A DNA stretch of 64,000 nt, from assembly GCA_965262915.1 (NCBI GenBank), contig OZ253564.1:4448001-4512000 (forward strand), in the 5' to 3' direction. Numbering within the stretch: position 1 is the first letter of the stretch; every line of letters starts with the position of its first letter. The position numbers were made by a program, and so were the translations under genes. The stretch comes from Candidatus Spongiisociaceae bacterium (lineage in GTDB: Bacteria; Actinomycetota; Acidimicrobiia; Spongiisociales; Spongiisociaceae). Below the pieces are notes generated by a model. The model was not told the origin of the DNA, ran no database searches, and saw only the letters and a program-made list of their open reading frames with translations. Below, piece after piece: positions 55,859 to 64,000 of this stretch.

Positions 55859-56847
55859 TATTCGTACACCTCACGGAACCGGGCCACGAACCGGCGGCTG
55901 AGGATATTGAGCGTCAGGGTGATGACGAACAGCGCCAGACCGATGGCGAAGATGGAGTTGTAGTCGATCGAGTCGTAGCTGAGGTCCCCCCCACTGATCC
56001 GCACGATATGTCCGGTCATGGTCTCCCCCGCCACGAAGGGGTTCAGGATGTAACCGAAGAAGCTGTCCTCCCCGAACGTGAAGTTCTTGGGTCCCGCACC
56101 GGCGGCGATCGCCACCACCATGGTCTCCCCGATCGCCCTGGAGATCGACACCACGAACGCGGCCGTGATCCCCGACAGCGCGGCGGGCAGGACTATGCGG
56201 AGCGAGGTCTCAAGCTTGGTGGCCCCCACTCCGTAGGAGGCCTCCCGCAGCGATAGGGGTACGGCGTGCAGGGCATCCTCGGACATGGAACTGACCAGCG
56301 GGATGATCAGGATGCCAACCACGATTCCTGCGGAGGCGGTGTTGAATATCTCCACCACGCTCACTCCGAGAATCGACCGGAGCAGCGGAGTCATGAACGT
56401 CAGGGCGAAATAGCCGTAGACAACCGTCGGGATTCCGGCCAGCACCTCGAGGACCGGCTTCATGAACCCCCGAACACGCGGCGAGGCGTACTCGCTGAGG
56501 AAGATTGCCGTGGCCAGACCGATGGGCAGAGCGACGATCATGGCCGTGATGGATGTCGTCAACGTCGCCAGGACCAGGGGCCATATGCCGAAGTCGAGAA
56601 TGGCCGGCTGCCACTGTGTCGAGGAGAGGAACTCGGCTATCGACGCTTCCTGGGACCGGAAGAAGAGCAATGCCTCCTTACCCAACTCGAAAACGATGCC
56701 CACCGTGGTGAGAATCGATAGGGCGGCCGCCAGAAAGAGCAAGCCTCGGATCACCGCCTCGCCCGGGCGCCGCTTCTTGCGAAGCGACACCGATGCCAGC
56801 GGGGGATCGCTGGTCACATGCGTTGCGATTCTCTCATCTCCTCCCAT
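55858..56847 (-). CDS. pstC: Phosphate ABC permease
   Basis: LAGIPTVVYG, SRAIGETM. Confidence 0.95.
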   Translation of the reverse strand: MGGDERIATHVTSDPPLASVSLRKKRRPGEAVIRGLLFLAAALSILTTVGIVFELGKEALLFFRSQEASIAEFLSSTQWQPAILDFGIWPLVLATLTTSITAMIVALPIGLATAIFLSEYASPRVRGFMKPVLEVLAGIPTVVYGYFALTFMTPLLRSILGVSVVEIFNTASAGIVVGILIIPLVSSMSEDALHAVPLSLREASYGVGATKLETSLRIVLPAALSGITAAFVVSISRAIGETMVVAIAAGAGPKNFTFGEDSFFGYILNPFVAGETMTGHIVRISGGDLSYDSIDYNSIFAIGLALFVITLTLNILSRRFVARFREVYE

Positions 56848-56856
56848 CTGTGAACC

Positions 56857-57951
56857 TCAACCTCCGAGAGCTGAGCTCAGTTCGTGGGCCACCGCTCGGA
56901 GGACGGCGTCGGGAGCGGGGAAGTAGCCCACCTCGCTGATCTCCTCGTTCACGAACTGCAACACGAAGCTCAGGAACTGGCCGACCTGGGGCTTCTCAGC
57001 AATGATCGAAGCCGTCGAGTACATGAACAACGGACGGGCCAACGGATACGTGTTGGCATTCACCGAATCGGCGGTCGGCTCCACACCCTCGATGTTCATC
57101 ACGCTCAACCGGTCACTGTTCTCCGCGAAATACCCATACCCGAAGAAACCCACCGCACACGTCGTCGAGGTATTCGAAGGATCACACCCATCACCGGAAA
57201 TCCCCTGCACCAGCACGTTGTCGTCCTCCGACAACTGGGTATTACCCGCCGCCAGGATCGGAACCTCCTCCTCGTCGAACACCTCCTCCACGAAATAGTC
57301 GAACGTGCCCGAGTCCGTACCCGGAATGAACCGCTGGATCGGGTTGGCCGGGAACTCCGCCCGAACATCGGCCCAAGTCGTCGCCGTCGAGAACAGCACC
57401 CCCAACTCCTCGATCGTCAGATCAGCAGCGAACGTGTTCCCCGGCGACACCGTCACCGCCAGAGCATCGGTACCCACCCGGAACTCGATCGGCACCCGAC
57501 CGATCGACCGGCAGGACTCCACCTCTGCGTCCTTGATCGGACGCGACGCATTCGAGATATCGGACTCGCCGGCCACACAGAACCGCTCGAAGCCGGCACC
57601 CGAACCGATCGAGTCGATCGTGATCAAACCCGAATAGCCCTCATCCTCGAACCGGGCCGCCATCGCCTCCGCCAACGGGAACACCGTCGACGAACCAGCC
57701 ACCGCAATATCACCCGACACCGCCAACGGATCCACCGGATCCAACCCGAGAGCGCCGGAACCCGAGGTACCCGGCCCCGCGGCCTCGGTGGTTTCGGTGG
57801 CAGCACCCGACGACTCCTCTGCCAGCGCTTGAGTCGGCGCGGTGGTTGCAATAGTGGTCACCTCGCTCGCTCCGTCACCTCCGCACGCGGCGGTCACGAG
57901 TGCCAGGGCTGCGAGGAGGATGAGGGCGCGGCACATCCTGCCGTATGTCAT
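56857..57951 (-). CDS. pstS: Phosphate-binding lipoprotein
   Basis: Lipobox TAACG; GSSTVFP, SGTFDYF, YPLARPLF. Confidence 0.95.
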   Translation of the reverse strand: MTYGRMCRALILLAALALVTAACGGDGASEVTTIATTAPTQALAEESSGAATETTEAAGPGTSGSGALGLDPVDPLAVSGDIAVAGSSTVFPLAEAMAARFEDEGYSGLITIDSIGSGAGFERFCVAGESDISNASRPIKDAEVESCRSIGRVPIEFRVGTDALAVTVSPGNTFAADLTIEELGVLFSTATTWADVRAEFPANPIQRFIPGTDSGTFDYFVEEVFDEEEVPILAAGNTQLSEDDNVLVQGISGDGCDPSNTSTTCAVGFFGYGYFAENSDRLSVMNIEGVEPTADSVNANTYPLARPLFMYSTASIIAEKPQVGQFLSFVLQFVNEEISEVGYFPAPDAVLRAVAHELSSALGG

Positions 57952-58015
57952 GAACCATCTCCTCGTTCGAATCTCGCCCGGCACGCTATGCGGCCCGTGT
58001 TACAGACCATCCCCC

Positions 58016-58037
58016 GCCAGGTGAACGAGAGGTAAAA
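58016..58037 (-). promoter_or_regulatory. Putative PHO box upstream of pstS
   Basis: 11-nt direct repeats TTTTACCTCTC GTTCACCTGGC match the actinobacterial GTTCACC unit. Confidence 0.6.
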
Positions 58038-58114
58038 CTTGGGAAGCAAGACGAGTGAGTCCGGGTTGGGCGTCTTGACGACAACTCTTGGGGCCCGCCT
58101 ACCGGCGGCCGTGA

Positions 58115-60265
58115 TCAGAGGTCGGGCAGGTTGACGACGTGGGTGAGCACTGCCTGGTCGGGCCCTACGGACCGGACGGTGTAGGGTGCCATCAGCCGTA
58201 CCTGTTCGAACAGGCAGATCTGCTCGGTTTCGGCCTCGCAGTAGACAACGGAGATGTCCCCGGTCAGGACGCCCTCTCCCTGGGTCAGATGCACCTCGAA
58301 GCTACGCGGGAAGCTGGGGTCGATCACCGAACCCGACGCGTCGGGCGCCACCGTCATGCCTTCGCCCTCCACCATCCACACGAAGCGGCTGGGCGCATCC
58401 GGGTTGACCTTGTACCCATCGGGAAGCACCACCTCCAGGCTGATGGCGCCCTGGCCCTCACCGAGCATCAGCGGCTCGTGCTCCACCACGGTCCCCGCGT
58501 AACCGTCACTGTCCGGACCCGGCATGAACGCCTCAATGCCGGCCGGTACCAGCGTGGCCACCTCCCCCGAGTCGAGATCGATGACCCGTATCGAATGGTT
58601 GTTGGTATCCGCCACGTACAGCATCGACCCCGCCACGTCGATCCCGCCCGGTTCGTAGAACAGCGGCGCCTCCCCGTCCCGCCACCCGGGCGTGTCACCC
58701 CACCGAGTCGACACCACCCCGGTCTCGAGATCGACCACCTTGATCTTCGAGTTGTACGTGTCGGCCACATAGAGGGTCCCGCCCACCGCCACCACCCCGA
58801 GCGGGTGCTGCAGGCGAGCCTCGGTACCGACCCCGTCCACGTCGCCGAACGAGAACAGATCAGCGTCGCTACCCGCGATGATCCCCACCGTCCGCTCAGG
58901 CGACCCGGTATCGACCCACCGGACGGCGCTGCTCTCCGAATCGGCGAAGAACAGGCGCCCGTCGGAGGCCAAGGTCAGACCGCTCGGCTGGGCGAGGGTC
59001 GCCTCGGCTCCCGCACCGTTGACGGTCCCCTCCCCTCCACTACCGGCATACGGCCCAACCCGTCCCGCATCCACATCCAAAGACCAGATCTGATGCGTGC
59101 CGGCCATGGCGATGTACAGGAGACCGGTCTGCGGATCCAGTTCCAGATCCCACGGCGAGGCCAACGGATTGGACAGGGCCGGTCCCGAGCGGGGCGGCCA
59201 GGTTCGTTTCCCGGTGCCGGCCACCGTGGTGACATCGCCGGTCGAGAGGTCCACCGCCCGCACGGCGTGGTTGCCCGTATCCGCCACGTAAAGCAGCCGA
59301 CCGTCCGCCGAGAGGGCGGTGCCTTGGGGATCGCGGAAGGTGGCCTCTGGGGAGGCACCGTCGTCGAACCCCTCCTCCCCGGCGCCGTAGATCGCCTGGA
59401 CCCGGCCGTCGAAGTCGGTCTGGACGATGCGGTGGTGGTTGGTATCGGATATGAACAGCCTTCCGGCAGGATCGGCCGTCACCTTCCCGGGGAAGGAGAA
59501 CACCGTCTCCGGAAGTCCCTGACGTTCGAGCCGCAGGCCCAGCGGGGTACGGTCCAGAGTGCCGGCGAACTCCTCGATCAGAGCTTCGATCACCGGCTTC
59601 ACCACGTCGTAGACACCTTCACCGCTGTGATACCCCACAACGCCACCGGCGGGATCGATCAGGTAGGTGGTGGGCCAGGCGCGAACCTGGAAGGAACGCC
59701 AGATCTCGAAACCGGCGTCGTTGACCACCGGGTGTGCCACGCCGTAGCGCAACACCACCCGGCGAATGTTCTCGGTAGCCGACTCCTGGTCGAACTTGGC
59801 GGAGTGAACGCCGATGACCACCAGTTCGTCGGCGAACTCCTCCTCCAGGCGCTCGAGGTCGGGTATCACGTGGATGCAGTTGATGCAGCCGTAGGTCCAG
59901 AAGTCGAGCAGCACGATCTTGCCCCGGAGCCCTTCGAGCGAGAGGGGATACTCCGTGTTCAGCCAGTCGAGCCCGGGCGGGAACTCGGGGGCCGGGGAGC
60001 GGAAGCTCACGGGCACCGGCGCGGCGTCGCCGGAGCCGGGCTCCGCCTGGCCGCCGTAATCGTCGGGAGGATCCTCGGTGGACGGGGAGGCCGGTTCGGC
60101 GGGAGGATCCTCGGTTTCGGCAACCGTGCTCCCGGGAGACGTGACCACCGGATCGACATCATCGGGGGTGTCGGTGTCCGATGGCCCGCAGGCGGCGCCC
60201 GCAAGCCCCACCAGCACCAGGAGCACACCGACCCTCATTCGCACCGAACCACTCATCCGGGGCAT
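58115..60265 (-). CDS. Thioredoxin-like plus NHL-repeat lipoprotein (NHLRC2/SOQ1-like)
   Basis: Lipobox GAAC; DFWTYGCINC; multiple YVADT.N repeats. Confidence 0.9.
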   Translation of the reverse strand: MPRMSGSVRMRVGVLLVLVGLAGAACGPSDTDTPDDVDPVVTSPGSTVAETEDPPAEPASPSTEDPPDDYGGQAEPGSGDAAPVPVSFRSPAPEFPPGLDWLNTEYPLSLEGLRGKIVLLDFWTYGCINCIHVIPDLERLEEEFADELVVIGVHSAKFDQESATENIRRVVLRYGVAHPVVNDAGFEIWRSFQVRAWPTTYLIDPAGGVVGYHSGEGVYDVVKPVIEALIEEFAGTLDRTPLGLRLERQGLPETVFSFPGKVTADPAGRLFISDTNHHRIVQTDFDGRVQAIYGAGEEGFDDGASPEATFRDPQGTALSADGRLLYVADTGNHAVRAVDLSTGDVTTVAGTGKRTWPPRSGPALSNPLASPWDLELDPQTGLLYIAMAGTHQIWSLDVDAGRVGPYAGSGGEGTVNGAGAEATLAQPSGLTLASDGRLFFADSESSAVRWVDTGSPERTVGIIAGSDADLFSFGDVDGVGTEARLQHPLGVVAVGGTLYVADTYNSKIKVVDLETGVVSTRWGDTPGWRDGEAPLFYEPGGIDVAGSMLYVADTNNHSIRVIDLDSGEVATLVPAGIEAFMPGPDSDGYAGTVVEHEPLMLGEGQGAISLEVVLPDGYKVNPDAPSRFVWMVEGEGMTVAPDASGSVIDPSFPRSFEVHLTQGEGVLTGDISVVYCEAETEQICLFEQVRLMAPYTVRSVGPDQAVLTHVVNLPDL

Positions 60266-60336
60266 TGTGCCACGTAGGGCTGTCGATGGATCGGGGAAGG
60301 CTCAATCACCGGTGGGGCGACGGGCTCTACCGGTAG

Positions 60337-60435
60337 GGGAGTGCTCAAGAAACGGGTCAAACGGTTGGCCCACCGTACGCTGACCTGGCATTTTGTCAAC
60401 GACCGTCGGGTCAACGGAGGGTTTTGACCACCCTC
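60337..60435. mobile_element. MITE
   Basis: GGGAGTGCTCAAGA / TTTTGACCACCCTC; flanks GTAG and CTAG. Confidence 0.7.
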
Positions 60436-60445
60436 CTAGACCCTC

Positions 60446-61093
60446 TCAGCCCTTCTTCGAGGGGGCGTAATAGGGATTGTCACCCCCTTGATGATCGGTG
60501 ACGTCCACGATCTCGACTATCTCGGGGATGCTGTCCCGCAGGATCCGCTCGATCCCCTGCCGCAGCGTCACGGCCGCCATCCCGCAACCCTGGCAGCCAC
60601 CGCCCAATTGCAGGTAGACCACCCCGTTCTCCTCGCTCACCAGACTGGCATGACCCCCGTGGGCTGCGATAGCGGGGTTCACCTGATGATCGAGCACCTG
60701 GGCGATCCGTTCGGCCATCGGACCGGTCAGATTGCCGGCCGGCGCGTCGGGGATCCGGGGGGACGGGTTGTTCGGGTTGTCGATAGCCAACCCCGGCGCC
60801 ATCGGGTCGGAGGACATCGCGAGCCGGGCGCCCGCCATGTTTGACGTGTCGACCGAGGGGATGATGACTGTGAGGTTCCCGTGACGCTCCATGTGATCGG
60901 TGGCGCCTGCTTCCCCGAGCGGGACGAAGGACAGCGAGTAGCCGAACTGATCGCCTTGCAGTCCCGTGATCTCGATGAGCAGACCGTACTCGTCATCACC
61001 GGGCTCCTGATCACGGATCTCGATGATGCGATCGAGGGCCTCCCCGCTGAAGCTCATGGTCGTTTCAGTGCTCATGGTCGTTTCAGTGCTCAT
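60446..61093 (-). CDS. nfuA: Fe-S biogenesis protein NfuA
   Basis: Degenerate ATC domain plus NifU domain HGG...GGCQGC; NPYY. Confidence 0.9.
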   Translation of the reverse strand: MSTETTMSTETTMSFSGEALDRIIEIRDQEPGDDEYGLLIEITGLQGDQFGYSLSFVPLGEAGATDHMERHGNLTVIIPSVDTSNMAGARLAMSSDPMAPGLAIDNPNNPSPRIPDAPAGNLTGPMAERIAQVLDHQVNPAIAAHGGHASLVSEENGVVYLQLGGGCQGCGMAAVTLRQGIERILRDSIPEIVEIVDVTDHQGGDNPYYAPSKKG

Positions 61094-61154
61094 AGTTCAA
61101 GGAATCGTAGTCGGCCGGATCACCAAATAGGAACCGTTCGACCATGATTGGGGC

Positions 61155-62369
61155 ATGGAAAGCCGACCGCTCGTCAACCTGATCGTCCCGTCGGGGGCCT
61201 TCCGGATCGATGACTGGATGCAGGCCGCCACGAGGCTAGGTGTGCGGATCGCGGTGGCTACCGAGGCTCACCACTCGCTGGCCGAGGACATGGGAGCAGA
61301 GCTGATCCCGATCGACTTCGACGATCCGGAGGACGCTGCCGTGCGCATCGCCGCCTCGAACCTGCCGATCGAGGCGATCATCCCGATCGACGACCACGGC
61401 GTGACGGTGGCCGCCCGGGCTGCCGCGCTGCGGGGGCTGGCCCACAACGCGGTGGAGACGGCCGAGGCCACCCGGGACAAGGGAGAGTTGAGACGGCGCC
61501 TGGCCGGCGTCGTCCCTCAACCATCGTTCGTCGTCCTGGCGGCCGGGCAACCGGGAAGCTCGGCCCGCTCCGTAGGAATGCCCGCGGTGGTCAAACCGGT
61601 CGGCCTGGCAGGATCGGTAGGGGTGGTACGAATCGACGAACGGGAGCGGCTGGATACGACCGTCGAGCGGGTCAGGAGGATCGCGGAGGCGCGCGGGGCC
61701 GCCTACGAAGATCCGGTGCTCGTGGAGCGCTACATCCCCGGCGACGAGGTGGCCGTCGAGGCCATGGTGACCGACGGGCACTGGGAGACGTTGGCCGTGT
61801 TCGACAAACCCGACCCGCTGGAAGGTCCCTACTTCCCCGAGACTCATTACATCACTCCCTCCCGCCACACGCCGGACGTGATGGACGAGATCGAAGCGAT
61901 CGGGCGGCGGGCGGTCGCCGCGCTCGGGATCCTACGAGGCCCGGTACACGCTGAACTGCGGGTCGGCGACCGGATCATGTTGCTGGAACTCGCCTCACGC
62001 CCCATCGGGGGATTGTGCGGCCGCTCCCTGCGGTTCGGCCTCTCGGACACTCCGCTGGAGGAGCTGCTCATCCGCAACGCCCTCGGAATACGGGTCCGGG
62101 GTACGCGCCTGGCGCCCGGCGCCTCTGGAGTGTCGATGATCCCAGTACCGGCCCGGGGAGTGTTCACCGGGATCGACGGCGTGAGCGCCGCTCTGGAAGT
62201 CGATCACGTAACCGGCATAGAGGTGAGCCGGATAGCCGGCCACGAAGTGGCTCCCCTCCCGGAGGAGTCGACCTACCTGGGATTCGTGTTCGCCAGAGCC
62301 CCGAAACCCCAGCAGGTGGAGACCGCCTTGCGGCAGGCCTGCGGCCGGTTGGAGGTGAGAATCGACTGA
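61155..62369 (+). CDS. ATP-grasp domain protein
   Basis: TRDK, PAVVKP, LVERYIPG.E, HAE, E.ASRPIGG. Confidence 0.88.
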   Translation: MESRPLVNLIVPSGAFRIDDWMQAATRLGVRIAVATEAHHSLAEDMGAELIPIDFDDPEDAAVRIAASNLPIEAIIPIDDHGVTVAARAAALRGLAHNAVETAEATRDKGELRRRLAGVVPQPSFVVLAAGQPGSSARSVGMPAVVKPVGLAGSVGVVRIDERERLDTTVERVRRIAEARGAAYEDPVLVERYIPGDEVAVEAMVTDGHWETLAVFDKPDPLEGPYFPETHYITPSRHTPDVMDEIEAIGRRAVAALGILRGPVHAELRVGDRIMLLELASRPIGGLCGRSLRFGLSDTPLEELLIRNALGIRVRGTRLAPGASGVSMIPVPARGVFTGIDGVSAALEVDHVTGIEVSRIAGHEVAPLPEESTYLGFVFARAPKPQQVETALRQACGRLEVRID

Positions 62370-62414
62370 AAGGGTGGGCCGGCCGGCAGATCAGCATGGT
62401 GCGCGGCGTCCCAG

Positions 62415-62510
62415 GAGGGTGACGCAAGACCCCTTTGTGGTCCGTCGACCGATGACCAATGCCACGTCAGCAGACGACAGGCCAACCACTCAACCGTCTT
62501 GGGCACCCTC
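62415..62510. mobile_element. MITE
   Basis: GAGGGTGACGCAAGAC / GTCTTGGGCACCCTC. Confidence 0.7.
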
Positions 62511-62583
62511 ATACCGAACCGCTCGGCGCTCGAAAGGTCGGTGCATGTCGGCGTGAATCGGAGTAGCGCGTTACAGTCCGAGC

Positions 62584-63978
62584 ATGAAGCTCCGCGCGGT
62601 CGGTACCCGCCTCATCGGATCCGCAACCGTCGTGTTGCCCGCCGTCGCCGTACTTCTCACCGCCTCGTGCTCATCACCCGACGAAATCGTCTTCGACGGC
62701 GCCGCACCCGAGGAGACGGTCATCTCCGTCACGGCAGCGCCCACCACGACGGGTCCTGCCGCCGTCTCAACCCCGCCCGAGACCACCCCGGCGGCCATGC
62801 CGGGAACCACCACGGCGGCGGCCCCGACGGCGACAACCAGCCCGCCCACGCTGGCGCTTACGGATCGGGGCACCGTCGAACTCCCGGGACAGGTCGTGGT
62901 CAACGACATTCGCACCGGATCGGTTACGATCCTCGGTCCCCGAGCCGAACAGTTCGAGCCGTTCGCGGCTCCCGGTGAGGAGTTGCACCAACCCACGTGG
63001 TCGCCGGACGGAGCCCTCGTGGCTTGGTCACGCGCCACCAACGACGGGTTCTCGGTGGTCGTCACCTCGAACGCAGGAGGCGACGCTACCCCCTACGAGA
63101 CGCCGTTCGGGGTCTTCTACATGCAGTGGCGGCCCGACGGTAGAGCAATCGGGCTTCTGGGAGCATCCGAACCGGGCCGGGTAGGCCTGGCGATCCTCGA
63201 TCTCGACAGTGAAACGGTCACCCCGCTCAACTCGTCCTCGTCCTACTACTTCCACTGGTCGCCGCAGGGAGACGAGATGATCACCCACCTCGATGGCACT
63301 CGCGTCGAGCAACTGGACCCGTCCACCGGCGCCACCTCCCTGCTCGAGAGCCTCAACCCTGTGAATTCCGTCTTCCAGGCGGCCGCATGGACACCCGACG
63401 GCGGATCCGTCTTGTATATCCGGCCCGCCGCCCCGGCCTCGGTGGGAACCGAAGACGAGTTGGTGATCCACGATCTCGGCACGGGGGAGATCGGCGTAGT
63501 CGGCGAGGGCGCCGGGTTCTTCAACTTCGCGATGTCACCCGACGGGGAGGCGATCGCGTACTCGATCCGCGATCCGGAAGGTATGACATCCATGCAGATA
63601 GTCGACCTGGCAACCGGTCGCACCGAGGAGGTCGACGCGCCCTTCACCCTGGCCTGGCAGTGGAGCCCCGACAGCCGCAAGATCCTGTTGCTGGGCGTCG
63701 GCGATCGTGCCATAACCGTGAGCGTGTACGAATCGGGGACCATCACCCGGTACCAGGACATCATCCCCACCGCCACCTTCGTGCAGAACTATCTCTTGTT
63801 CTGGAGCCAGTACGACCTGAGCCACAGCCTCTGGGCGCCGGATAGTTCCGCCTTCCTGTTCCCGGCGTTCGACCGCAACGCCGACCTCGTGTTTCTCCAA
63901 TTCCTCGACGACGAGCTACCCATACTGCTCGGCCCCGGATCCATGGCGGTATTCTCACCCGCAACCCCCAACCCGTAA
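62584..63978 (+). CDS. TolB-like beta-propeller lipoprotein
   Basis: Lipobox LTASC; Thr/Pro linker; repeated WSPDG. Confidence 0.8.
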   Translation: MKLRAVGTRLIGSATVVLPAVAVLLTASCSSPDEIVFDGAAPEETVISVTAAPTTTGPAAVSTPPETTPAAMPGTTTAAAPTATTSPPTLALTDRGTVELPGQVVVNDIRTGSVTILGPRAEQFEPFAAPGEELHQPTWSPDGALVAWSRATNDGFSVVVTSNAGGDATPYETPFGVFYMQWRPDGRAIGLLGASEPGRVGLAILDLDSETVTPLNSSSSYYFHWSPQGDEMITHLDGTRVEQLDPSTGATSLLESLNPVNSVFQAAAWTPDGGSVLYIRPAAPASVGTEDELVIHDLGTGEIGVVGEGAGFFNFAMSPDGEAIAYSIRDPEGMTSMQIVDLATGRTEEVDAPFTLAWQWSPDSRKILLLGVGDRAITVSVYESGTITRYQDIIPTATFVQNYLLFWSQYDLSHSLWAPDSSAFLFPAFDRNADLVFLQFLDDELPILLGPGSMAVFSPATPNP

Positions 63979-64000
63979 CCGGTCCCGATGGCGACCCGAT

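Noticed and set aside
58139-60277. Long antisense ORFs (also 35260-36789, 38487-40118, 47719-49290, 49419-50918)
   Set aside because: Typical high-GC shadows opposite well-supported genes.
61052-61093. 18-bp tandem repeat at the nfuA start (MSTETT twice)
   Set aside because: Real but most likely neutral slippage; it only makes the start codon ambiguous.

Overview
High-GC actinobacterial DNA (Acidimicrobiia-like; taxonomy is inferred from gene content) in two halves. Bases 1-~33.7 kb are a decayed genomic island ending in a P4-type integrase. It holds nested IS elements (ISL3, IS110, IS21, IS3, IS1380, Tn3 remnants), toxin-antitoxin-like genes, a terminase remnant and a ~1.6-kb inverted duplication carrying two alpA genes. 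Bases ~33.7-64 kb are core genes (DUF1015, adnAB, dtd, glycerol-3-P acyltransferase, E1 alpha/beta, polX, malic enzyme, senX3-regX3-phoU-pstBACS, thioredoxin-NHL, nfuA, ATP-grasp) with scattered ~100-bp MITEs. The main finding is a clade of IS110 recombinases with a C-terminal XRE-type HTH that insert into the terminal inverted repeats of other transposons: ISL3 twice, IS21 once, plus a probable IS21-end remnant. All four bridge-RNA guide segments can be read in each 5' non-coding region, and they co-vary with each copy's own target and donor. A TTGACA-17-CATACT promoter forms only on circularisation. All calls were made by eye; no searches were run.
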